Assembly (NCBI GenBank): GCA_050084985.1
Contig: JBITNC010000002.1
Coordinates: 15,128,001 to 15,192,000 of the forward strand
Origin: Nageia nagi
Taxonomy: Eukaryota; Plantae; Pinophyta
Reading direction: 5' to 3'
Length of the DNA: 64,000 nucleotides
The notes beneath the pieces are model-generated. The model worked only from the letters and a program-made list of their open reading frames with translations. It ran no database searches and was not told the origin of the DNA. The position numbers were made by a program, and so were the translations under genes. Shown here piece after piece: positions 53,158 to 64,000 of the stretch; the first letter of the stretch is position 1, and each line of letters starts with the position of its first letter.

Positions 53158-53783
53158 TGTAACTTAGGCAGGTTCCAAACTATTTACATGGAAGAATTAT
53201 AATACCCAAGATAGGAGGATAAATATTTACTTATGAAAAAAGTAAATAGTATGTGTAATAACATGGAATAATCCACCTACATGTTAATAAGTGGATTATT
53301 TATGTAAGAAAATGTCGAACCCTACCAAATTTTATATTAGGGTTTTTCCACATGTACATGTAGGTCTATTTGCTTGTGATACAAGTACGTACTCATGTAA
53401 CTGGTTGACCACCCTTCACACCCATGAGAAGGGTGGTCCACCTAAGCACATATGAAGTAATTTAAAATTAGTAACTCATGGTGAGTTAACCATTTATGGT
53501 TAAGTTTACTAATCACATATGGTTAATTTTGATTCCTATATAAGGATCCCATGAGTAGGAGAAAAGTAGTGAAGGAGAATTCAAATAGTGATGTTAGTAT
53601 AATACATTGTAAGGAATTATCATTTGAAGTTAATATAGATTTTCTAGCTTTAATGTGGATGTTTCCTCTCGAAGAAAGATAAGAGGTTTTACCATTATAT
53701 ATCTTCTCAAGCTAACTCTCATTCAAGGTATATGTAACTTTTATCCTTCTTTCAATTTTGGAAACTAAAAAGTTAGATCTAAC
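53158..53783 (+). mobile_element. Probable LTR, about 625 bp
   Basis: TGTAAC...ATCTAACA termini; CCTATATAAGG near 53535; no TSD. Confidence 0.4.
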
Positions 53784-54084
53784 ATTTTTTATGGTTATGT
53801 ATTTTGAAAATTAGTATATATAATTTTCCTTCATAGTAGATCTAATATTTTTTTAAATGATTAGATCTCAAACTATGCAAGATAAGAATCTTATATAATT
53901 GCAATTATTTTTTTTTGTATAATATATATTTTTACAAAATATAAGTAAAAAAAAATAAATTTGAATAAAAAGGGAAGGTTGTAATTTATTTATTCGATCT
54001 TATATACAAAATTTTTATTTATTTTTTATAAATAAATAGAAAAAATAGTAAGGCTTAAATTCTACTATTGGTTATAGCCTCTTT

Positions 54085-54590
54085 ATGGGATGGGCTCGTA
54101 GCCTTGACCACCTTTGGGGGAGGACTCACAGTCCTATAGATGTGGTCCCCCTTTTAGGGGTGGTACGTGGGCATGTTGGTGCAACCCCTCTCAGGATTAA
54201 GCACATAGCCCTGCTATTGGACGTAACCCTCCTTTTAGGGATGGCATGTGGCCCTACGAGCATAACCTCCATTTTGGGAAAGGAGTGGAATATGGCCCTA
54301 TAAGTGCAACCCCTCCTTTTGGGGGTAGTATGTGTCCCTGTGGGCATGAACCTTCTTTTAAGGATGGTACACAACCCTATAGGTACAGTCCCCCTTTTGG
54401 GGGTGGCACACAATCTTGACTGTGGCCCCCCTTATAGCATGGCTCATGGTCTTGAGGATGCGTCCCCCCTTAGGAGGTAGTATGTAGCCCTACAGGTGTG
54501 GCTACCCCATTGGTGGTGGCTCAACCTGTAGTCATAACCCCTTGGGCTACGCAAGCCCTTTAAGGTTTACATAGGCCTCACCCCATTTTT
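54085..54590. repeat. Degenerate GC-rich tandem array, about 40-bp unit, about 12 copies
   Basis: Recurring CCC(C/T)CTTTT(A/G)GGG(G/A)TGG.A core, for example at 54147, 54227, 54310 and 54390. Confidence 0.8.
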
Positions 54591-55258
54591 TGGGTTAAAA
54601 TAAATTTATAAAGAAAACCTTCATAATGTTAGGGAATTATCCTAAAAAGGAAGAGTAAAATATGTGAAGCCCACTTCCCCATCAACAAAGTGAATGATGT
54701 GAAGTAATTAATATTCATAGATATTACAAAATACTTAAACATACTAACCATAATGGAACAAAGTTGATTTAATCTTTATGTTTAATTTTTTTTTGCAATA
54801 TTAAGTACAATAATTATTGCAAAAAAATTTATATTATTCCAAAAATGTTACTTAGATTTTATTTGCAATTAATTTATGAATGAAGTAAACAAAATCTTAA
54901 GTGTTGATTTTTATTATTCTTAAATTTTTATTTAGTACTAAGTTTTAATGGTAATATCTTTAATGCCACTATGTTTAATACCATTTTTAGAATGATAATC
55001 ACTATTTGCTTCCATGATTAGGTAGTTTATATCCATTAACATAGATATATTTATCGCTTTCCTTTTATCAAGTGCATGTGGGATCTTTAAATGCAAAGTA
55101 ATATTCAAATAATAATGCTTTATATGACAAAAAGTTAATACTTATCTTCTTTGTTAATACTTAAGGGTGTAAATAGCTTAATATAAATATTTGATGGCAT
55201 TCCTAATTTCTTTTTGCCTTGAATAGATTGATAAATAATCTTATGGCATTGGCTTATG

Positions 55259-55515
55259 GCTTATGCATCTTGACTAGGGGGCATAGTCAAGTTGGTATTT
55301 TGTGGCTTATGCTTATGCATCTTGACTAGGTGGCATAGTCAAGTTGATAGTTTGTGGCATTGGCTTATACATCTTGACTAGGTGGCATACTAAGTTGGCA
55401 TTTTTTGGCTTATGGCTTATGTATCTTGACTCGATGGCATAGTCAAGTTGGCATTGTATGGTTTGAGTCTTGTGGCTTGTAAATCTTGACTTAATAGCAT
55501 AGTTAAGTTAGCATT
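55259..55515. repeat. 52-bp tandem repeat with internal inverted repeat, 5 copies
   Basis: GCTTATGCATCTTGACTAGGTGGCATAGTCAAGTTG at 55259, 55311, 55363, 55415 and 55475. Confidence 0.9.
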
Positions 55516-57925
55516 TGATCCTTCTTGGCTTGGTAATTAAGATAATATGTGTATAATGTATCTTAATATGTAATGGAATATAATGGCATATAATGTAGCT
55601 ATGTTTGGTGTTAATCCTCTGCTTATAGGTAGGAGTACGAGCTCCTCGAGAGATAATTGATCCCTCCATAAGTGTCATTTTCATAAAAGGGGAGAATTAT
55701 TATTTATAATAAATCTACACCATAATCTTGTTCGCATGATAAGTGTGTATTGAAAGAATGATTTCATATCCTATAGTTGCATAACTTATATTAATCTCAG
55801 TTTGTGTATGTGATAAATGCTCATCAAAAGACTAATTTCATATTATATAATAACAATTAGATCTGGTTATTTCTTAACAAGCTAAGGGGAAGTTCCAGGA
55901 TGCATTGGGAGTGACATGTTCTTGTTATCATGTTGTTATACTATCATTATTATTGCACTAACTTAGCATATATGGTATGTTTGTTCTTCACTTTTCTTTC
56001 AATTATACACCAACTATTTTAAGTGGCATTAAGTGATTAAAATTTTTGGTTCCACTAATGCTTTGAAAATAAATATCGTGTACAAAAGCATGGTAGAGTT
56101 GAGTAGTAGTGTGTGTTGACATTTTTCACCTAAACTAGTGGTGCTTAATTGACTGTTTACACTTGAAGCATTGTATAACCAAAGGTATAGATTGACATTC
56201 GAATTAAGTGACATGATAATAGTCATGGAGAAGTGGCTTCTAGCATGCATGCTTAGGGTTATCCCTGAGTGAAGGGGATGTAGAAGGAGATATACAAAAT
56301 TATACCAAATCAGAAGGAGCATTGGCCTTAAGTGTCACTCTAGCCAATATTGGGGAGGTATCATCATTGTACGTTATGGCTAATGCTTCATTAATGGAGC
56401 ATGACAATAAGGTTTTACATGAGCAATTGAACGTTGTGAAAATACAATGTGATATGTTTAAGAGGGAAAGGGTTGTATGTGAAAAGGCATTTGACTTTCT
56501 TATGGAGGAGCATAATAGGATAATGATTGAGAAAGAAAAGTTTCTTAAATGAATGCATGAGCTAAGTGAGGATTTAGAGGATATAAGGCTAGATGTCACT
56601 ACTTGTGTAAGCCCTCGAGTTACTCTTTTTACCCTAAGATGAATGTAGAGTGAGGTGTGCATGACCTTATTAGTGAAGGTTTTTCATTATTAATAAATAT
56701 GTATTGGAAATGATATTGCCCATATTGGTTATAAATAAGAAATAAACATGTGCATATGATTGAAATCTGCTTATTGGATGTTGAATTACATTACATGTAT
56801 GGATACCAAATGGTAAGGTGAATAAGATTTCTAATTTTATTAAAGAATTTGGTATGCATGTATGTGCTTGCTTGAATATGATAGATCTTCATATTAGTAC
56901 ATGATTATGTTAAGATAAGCATTGAGAAACCAAAACACTCATAAAACATTGGTTAGCATCATAAGAATGCATTACAAATATACACTATATATTGAAATTA
57001 TCAAGCATAAAATTAAACCATGTAATCTTTTCCAGTAATCTTCCAAGTTTTATCAAGCACAAAAATACATGATTTAATATCATGCAGGTCCAATGGATGA
57101 GGGGTGTATATACTTAAATATCATGAGTGGAATTGTTGCATTATTCTTATAATGAATTTCATTATATATGCATTGTTGACCTTCTCAGTCATGTATGCTA
57201 GGTTGAGGAAGTTTTAAACTTCATAGACTGTAATGATCCCAAAATATACATAAAATTAATTTTCTAAAAATATGCTACAAACTTTTCAGTAGATGCAATT
57301 ATGGATGTAATAGTTAGCAACCTTAGCCACTCATGGATTAATGAAATTATGAGTACTTCCTAAATCCAACAATATTATGAGAGGGCACTTTTTAAAGAAC
57401 CCTTCAACCTTCATAGTTTGAGGGGTGGTAATTCTTACTAATGCATTGTAAGAGATAATTGGGGCCTCCTCATCTAGAATTTCCTTTGTATCCTATTTAG
57501 GTGTGCTCTCATATTCCTCATCACTAGGAGCATCAGCATCAAATAAAATATAACTTTTATTGTGTATAATGATGGCCATGAACAAATTTCTCATCACAAT
57601 TATAGCATAAACCTTTCTTTCTATGCTACTCAACCCTTTCTTTTTGCCTCTCCCTCTTACCTAACCACTCGACCTTCTCCCTTGCAACCCATTCCTTAAT
57701 TTTTTTTCTCTCTTTGCTTGACAAACAAGCTTTTCCCATAATGATGAGTTTTTAATTGTGTGAAGTATGAATTCAAATTAGCATTAAGTTTGCATTTAAT
57801 AGGATTATGGGTATCCACTTTCATTTAATTTTTTGCAGACTTATGGATAAATTAGTACATTTCTTAAATGACTCATTAAATATTTCCTTGTTGAAAGGGT
57901 TTAACCAAATAAGTATCATTATTTG

Positions 57926-59064
57926 TGATCCAAAATTTGGATCCCTTTGATATTTAGTAATATCCATTTCAATGTATTCATTGTGATCATCTTGTCTTCA
58001 GCTTTCTGATGCTTCTTTCGAATCGAGAATCTGAGTCCGTATGTGGAAGATATGGTATTATTTCAGTTTGTGTATTTTGAAAAAAAAAAGATTAAAAAAA
58101 AAAATTCAAATGTATTGGTAGGCATTGGAGAGGGGACCCATCGGACCACGTCAGAGGAGGCATGCGTGGAAGGGTGACAGGGCCGCATGGAGGTGATGAG
58201 GAGTTTGACCGATCGTGAGATCGCCAACCTAGCCCATCCGCTTATCGTGTGGAGATAGCCCATCCGCCTGCCGCATGGAGACAACCAAGCCACATGACTC
58301 TAGCCCATTTGCCCATGCATGAGACTACCCATGCAAGCCGCCAGTTAAGCTGCCAACCAAACCACCATCTGACCGTTTGACCGCTTGACCGCCTACCATG
58401 TGTCGCCACCATAATGCACCCACCCAGTTTTAGAGTTTTTAATGTATTTTGGTGTTTCAAAGGTTTTTTGGTGATTTTGATTCACCTAAGGTCCTATTAT
58501 TACGTTGAGTAATTCTATCAGCTTGAAACAGTCCAGAGAGCATATTATTTTGATTTCAAAGCTCATTTTTGGGAGATTTTTGCAACCATTTGAACCCAAA
58601 TTTGATAGGAAGATCAAGGAGGTTAATGGGTATCTAAAAATAGATTTTTTTTAATCAAATTTACTAGTTGTAATACTCCCCAGTTTTAGCTCTAAAAATT
58701 ATATAAAAAGGGAGCAAATTGGAAGTGAAAAAAAAGGAGGATTTCAAGAAGGTTGTTCTCAGTTCTTGTTGTGATTTTTAAAGCTGTGAGTGTGTTGTGA
58801 ATGTGAGAGGAGGTTTTGAAGGACCAAAGAGGCCTTGTAAAGTGATTCCACCCATTGATAGTAGAGAGGTTTTGAGCTGGATGTAGCCCACACTGGGTGA
58901 ACCAGGATAAATTTTGCTTGTCTCTTCTATGGTGAATGCTTTTCTCTTCTCTATGTTTACAAATTTATTCCTGATTTTCCTTTACAAGTACTTAATTATT
59001 TTAAGTGTGAATTAATTCTAAGTAAAGGTTAAAGTGAAATTTTAATCTTATTATTTATGGATCA
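57926..59064 (+). repeat. 5' LTR (1139 bp)
   Basis: TGATCC...GGATCA termini; direct repeat from 63032; TATAAAAAG near 58700. Confidence 0.95.
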
Positions 59065-59068
59065 AGTT

Positions 59069-59080
59069 TGGTATCAGAGC
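59069..59080 (+). promoter_or_regulatory. Primer-binding site (tRNA-iMet)
   Basis: TGGTATCAGAGC 4 nt after the LTR. Confidence 0.95.
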
Positions 59081-59146
59081 AAGTTGAAATCATTAGAATA
59101 ACCTATATTTTTGAGATTGTTGTTGGTGTTTGGAAGGTGTTTTTGC

Positions 59147-62100
59147 ATGTATACCAGGTCACAAAGCAAGAAAGGAGAAGGAGAATTTGTGGAGGAGGAT
59201 CCAAAAATTAGTTCTAGAGTTTGGCTAAAGAAGCAAAGAGAGCTTGGAGCCATGGCCAATGAAGGAGGGTCTAATGTGGAAAAGCAAATTGCTGATCTCT
59301 CTACGATGTTCCAGAAGATGTCTCTACAATTCCAATAACTTCAAGAACAACAATACAAGAAAAATGAAGGTGAAACTAGTGAATGTAATAAAATTGACAA
59401 TGATGTTACACATAGTGTTTTTCAAAGTTCTCCTTTGAAATTGGAAGTTAAATTTGATTTGCCTACTTTTATTGGAGAAGTGAATGCTGAGAAGTTAGAC
59501 CATTGGATTAAACAAATTGAAGTATATTGTAGAATTCAAAAAATTGTAAGAGATGAGGATAAAATCCAATTAGCAACCCTTAAAATGAGTGGTAATGCAC
59601 TTGTTTGGTGGAAAAGTTGTTTACAAAGTAAGAATGAATCAATTCAAGCTTGTATTACTTCTTGGACCCATTTTGTACAATTGCTTAGAAATCAATTTTA
59701 TCCTTTGGGTTATTGACAAAAGGCAGTCATGGAATGGCAAACTTTTCGCCAAGGCAAAGGGTGAAGTGTGCAAGAGTACACTACGAAAATCCGAAGAAGA
59801 GCTACAATGCTAGGTATTCCTCTTGATTCCCAAGATACTCTTCTTAAGTATATTGGTGGTTTGCATAATTATTTAAGGCATACAATATTGATGTTTTATC
59901 CAAATGATTTGGATAAAGTTTTTGTATAAGCCACTCACTTAGAAGAAAGGGGAAAATTCATTAAGGATGGGAAAAATAAAAATGCTTCCAATAACAATAG
60001 TAATAATGATTCTGAAAAGAACAAAGGAAAGGGGGAAAAGAAAACTATGTCTACTACACAAAAAGAGAAGTCTAAAGATGTATGTAAACATTGTCAAAAA
60101 GAAGGTCATTTAGAGGTTAAATGTTGGAAATTGCATCCTAAATTACACCCTAAACCTAAAGGTCAAAAGAAACAAACAAATACTATTACTAAGGAAATTG
60201 AAGATGGTTCAGATGTAGATGATAAAATGGCATGTATGGTTTTGCATAATGCACCTAATGAAGATGAGGAAAAGAAGAAAATTGAACTTTTTCACATCAA
60301 GGTGCAAGCTAAGAAGACTAGGATTGATACATTGTTTGATTCTGGATCTCAAGCTAACTTAATTGCAAAAAAGTATGTCAAATCACTTGCACTCACTACT
60401 CAACCTCATCCAAACCCATATCCATTGGGATGGGTTAATAAAAATTCAAAGTTAAAGGTAACACAACAATGCAAGTTGCAATTTGGGATTAACAGGGATT
60501 ACATTGATGAAGTTTTACTTGATGTTGTTCCTTTGGATATTTGTGGGATTGTGCTTGGTAGTCCTTATCTATGGGAAAGAGATGCTTTATTTTATAGAAA
60601 GGAAACTAAATATAGACTCATTAAAGATGGAATTGAATACATGGTTAGCACTCATCAAAGCAAGAAAAAGGATATTTCTTTGATTACTATAGGACAAGCA
60701 AAGAGACTAATCAATACAAGACAAATGTTTGTACTTGCAATGGTGAAATCTCAAGATGAAGTAGAAATCATAAAGGCACTTGAAGATTGTGAACCACAAT
60801 ACAAAGAAGAAGTAAAAGAGGTAATTTCTGAATTTGAAGATTTATTTCAAGTACCTAAAGAACTTCCACCAAAAAGAGAGATATACAACATGAGATTCAA
60901 TTACATCCTGATGTTGCACTTTCTAATATTGGCTTATATAGAAATTCTATTTTAGAAACTGAAGAAATTAAGAAACAAGTCAAGGAATTGTTAGATCAAG
61001 GAGTCATTAGACCTAGCACATCACCATGTGGATCTCCTATTGTTATAATTCCAAAGAAAGATAAAACTTGGCGTATGTGTGTTGATTACAGGGCACTAAA
61101 TAAGATCATGGTTAAAAATCGATATCCTTTGCCACGTATTGATGATTTAATGGATCAATTACAAAAAGCTAGGCTTTTCACAAAATTGGATCTAAGAAGT
61201 GGTTATCATCAAGTACAAGTTAAAGAAAAGGATGTGTGGAAAACTACTTTTAAAACTAGGCAAGGATTATTTGAATGGTTGGTTTTACCATTTGGATTAT
61301 GCAATGCTCATGCTACTTTCATGCGTGTAATAAATGAGGTTTTAAGGCCTTTCATTGATGATTTTGTTATTATGTATCTTGATGATATTATCATTTACAG
61401 TGATAATTGAAAAGATCATGTGGTACATATTCGTAAAGTGTTTGAAGTTTTAAGGGAAGTAAAACTCTATTTGAAGATGTCTAAGTGTGAGTTTATCAAG
61501 AAAAGTTTAACCTATCTTGGCCACATTATAGGTGAAGGTCAATTGAGGATAGATCCTGCAAAAATTGAGGCTGTGTTGAAATGGCCTACTCCCACTAATG
61601 TGACAGAGACTAGGAGTTTTCTTGGGGTAGTACAATATTTATGCAAGTTTATTGCTAACTTTTCTTACATGGCTTCTCCACTTCATGCAATTACAGAAAA
61701 GAGTCATGGATTTCAGTGGGGAGGAAAAGAACAACATGCTTTTGAATTGCTTAAAAAGAAAATCAGTAATGCTCCAGTACTTACTTTGCCTAATCTTCAG
61801 AAATCTTTTGAAATTGAAACTGATGCAAGTGACTATGCTATGGGTGCAGTTTTATTACAGAAAAAACATTCAGTTTGCTATCACTCGAAAATGTTTACTA
61901 GTGCAATAAGAAATTATCCCACATATGACAAAGAGTTGTATGCATTAGTTCAAAGTGTTAAGAAATGGAAGCATTATTTGGTAGGTAAAGAGATAATAAT
62001 TCATACAGATCATCAACCCTTGCAATATCTTCAATCTCAATCTAAGTTGCAATAATATAGGCACTTTCGTTGGATGGGATTTTTGCAACAATTTTATTTG

Positions 62101-62991
62101 GTGATTGAGTACAAGAAGGGTACTCAAAATAAAATTGTTGATATGTTGTCTAGGCCTCCAATAGTTTCCAGTGTTGTGATTCTGCAAAATAGTTCTTTAA
62201 TGCATGATGGGTATAAATAACAATATATGGTTGATCCTAATTTCCAAAATGTCTATCATAGATTGAGTCTTGGTAATGAGGTTGGAAATCATGACTTTCA
62301 TTTGCATGATGGATTACTTTTTCATTAGGGCAAACTTTGTATTCCTAATGGTGAGAGAAATGATTTGATTAGGGAAGCTCATACTTCTCGTATTTCAGGG
62401 CACTTTGGTGTTGGTCTTCCTACTTCTATCATTTTTGACAGGGATTCCAGGTTTCTTGGAAAATTTTGGACTTCTTTGTGGGAAAGGATGGACACTAAGC
62501 TAAAGAGGAGTATAGCATTTCATCCATGGAGGCATGATCGTCATCGAGTGGATCATAAATTTCAGGTTGGGGATCAGGTATGTCTTCATCTCAACAAGGA
62601 AAGGCAACATGGCAAGGGAAAGAAGTTGAAACTAATAAGGTATGGTCCATTTACCATTATTGGTCAAGTTGGAGATAAAGCATTTCAGTTAGACTTACCA
62701 CCCTATATGCAAATGTATTCTATTATTAATGTTGAGAACTTGAAGTTGTATGAACCAGCCTTAGTTGCAGAAGATACAGATGTTATGTTACTGTCAATTA
62801 AGGATTTAGCCCCTGAGCACATGGATGTGTTGGTTGAGGATGCAGTATTGGAAAATAAGCAATGATCATCTCATAGTGGCATACATGAGGTATGGCATAT
62901 TGGAGTGAAGGGCCAACATCCACAAAAGGCCAAGTGGTATGCAGTTGATTGGGTGAGGGAGCTCTACCCTCACCTCATTTCATCATCCTAA
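59147..62991 (+). pseudogene. gag-pol pseudogene
   Basis: Gag (KLDHWIKQIEVY), knuckle CKHCQKEGHLEVKC, protease LFDSGS, RT (CVDYRALN, YLDD), RNase H (ETDASD, TDHQPL), deleted integrase; several stops and a frameshift near 60880. Confidence 0.95.
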
Positions 62992-63020
62992 ATGCTTTTG
63001 GGGATAAAAGCTCTCTCTCA

Positions 63021-63031
63021 GTGGGGAGGAA
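63021..63031 (+). promoter_or_regulatory. Polypurine tract
   Basis: GTGGGGAGGAA directly before the 3' LTR. Confidence 0.9.
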
Positions 63032-64000
63032 TGATCCAAATTTTGGATCCCTTTGATATTCAATAATCTCCATTTTAGTGTGTTCATTGTGATCATCTTG
63101 TCTTCAGCTTTTCAATGCTTCTTTTGGATCGAGAATCCAAGTTCGTATGTGGAAGATATGGTATTATTTCAATTTGTGTATTTTGAAAAAAAAAGATTAA
63201 AAAAAAATTCAAATGTATTGGTGGGCATTGGAGAGGGGACCCGTCGGACCACGTCGGAGGAGGCATGCATGGAAGGGTGACAGGGCCGCGTGGAGGTGAT
63301 GAGGAGTTTGACCGACTGTGTGATCGCCAACCTAGCCCATCCACCTACTATGTGGAGACAGCCTGTCCGCCTACCGCATGGAGACAGCCAAGCCATGTGA
63401 CCGCCAACCCATCCACCCATGCATGAGATTGCCCATGCAAGTCACCAGCTAAGTTGTCAACCAGACCACCGTCTAATTGTTTGACCGCTTGACCACCTAC
63501 CACGTGTTGCCACCATAATGCACCCGCCCAATTTTAGATTTTTTAATGTATTTTGGTGTTTCAAAGGTTTTTTGGTGATTTTTGATTCGCCTAAGGTCTT
63601 ATTATTAGGATGAGTAATTTTGTCAGCCTGAAACAGTCTAGAGAGTGTATTGTTTTGATTTTAGAGCTCATTTTTAGGAGATTTTTGCAACCATTTGAGC
63701 CCAAATTTGACAGGAAGATCAAGGAGGTTAATGGGTATCTAAAAATAGGTTTTTTATATCAAATTTCCTAGTTGTAATACTCTCCAGTTTTAGCTCCACA
63801 AATTGTATAAAAAGGGAGCAAATTGGAAGTGAAAAAAAAGGAGGATTTCAGGAAGGTTATTCTCAGTTCTTGTTGTGATTTTCAGAGCTATGACTGTGTT
63901 GTGAATGTGAGAGGAGGTTTTGAAGGACCAAGGAGGCCTTGTAAAGTGATTCCACCCATTGATAGTAGAGAGCTTTTGAGCTAGATGTAGCCCACACTGG
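63032..64000 (+). repeat. 3' LTR (partial)
   Basis: Colinear with 57926-58897; differences are mostly transitions. Confidence 0.95.

Larger units (their letters stand above)
57926..64000 (+). mobile_element. Ty3/gypsy LTR retrotransposon (CRM-like gag/protease), 3' LTR cut by window end
   Basis: 5' LTR, PBS, gag-PR-RT-RH-IN order, PPT and second LTR all visible. Predicted TSD ATTTG (57921-57925). Confidence 0.95.

Noticed and set aside
55259-55515. CRISPR-like array (36-nt palindromic repeat with spacers)
   Set aside because: Linkers are short (16-24 nt) and similar to each other, there are no cas genes, and the context is eukaryotic.

Overview
AT-rich eukaryotic DNA, read as a large plant genome and probably a gymnosperm (inferred from 6-16 kb TE-filled introns and the TE families present). 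The backbone is one minus-strand gene for an F-box + FIST-domain protein (At5g63520-like). I traced eight in-frame GT-AG exons from ATG 51264 down to 9308; the rest of the gene probably lies beyond the left edge. Introns and the upstream flank are packed with decayed, often nested transposons: a 3.8-kb hAT with TIRs and 8-bp TSD, two short hAT derivatives, several solo LTRs, L1 and RTE LINE relics, copia, gypsy and Tat/Ogre pol relics, local tandem duplications, and a nearly complete Ty3/gypsy element (57926 to window end) whose integrase has two internal deletions. The most unusual item is in intron 1: an LTR retroelement (LTR + tRNA-iMet PBS) carrying, where gag should be, an intron-less copy of the N-terminal HEAT region of the cohesin regulator PDS5, with the AP-x-AP loop retained. 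Family assignments come from remembered motifs; no database search was run.
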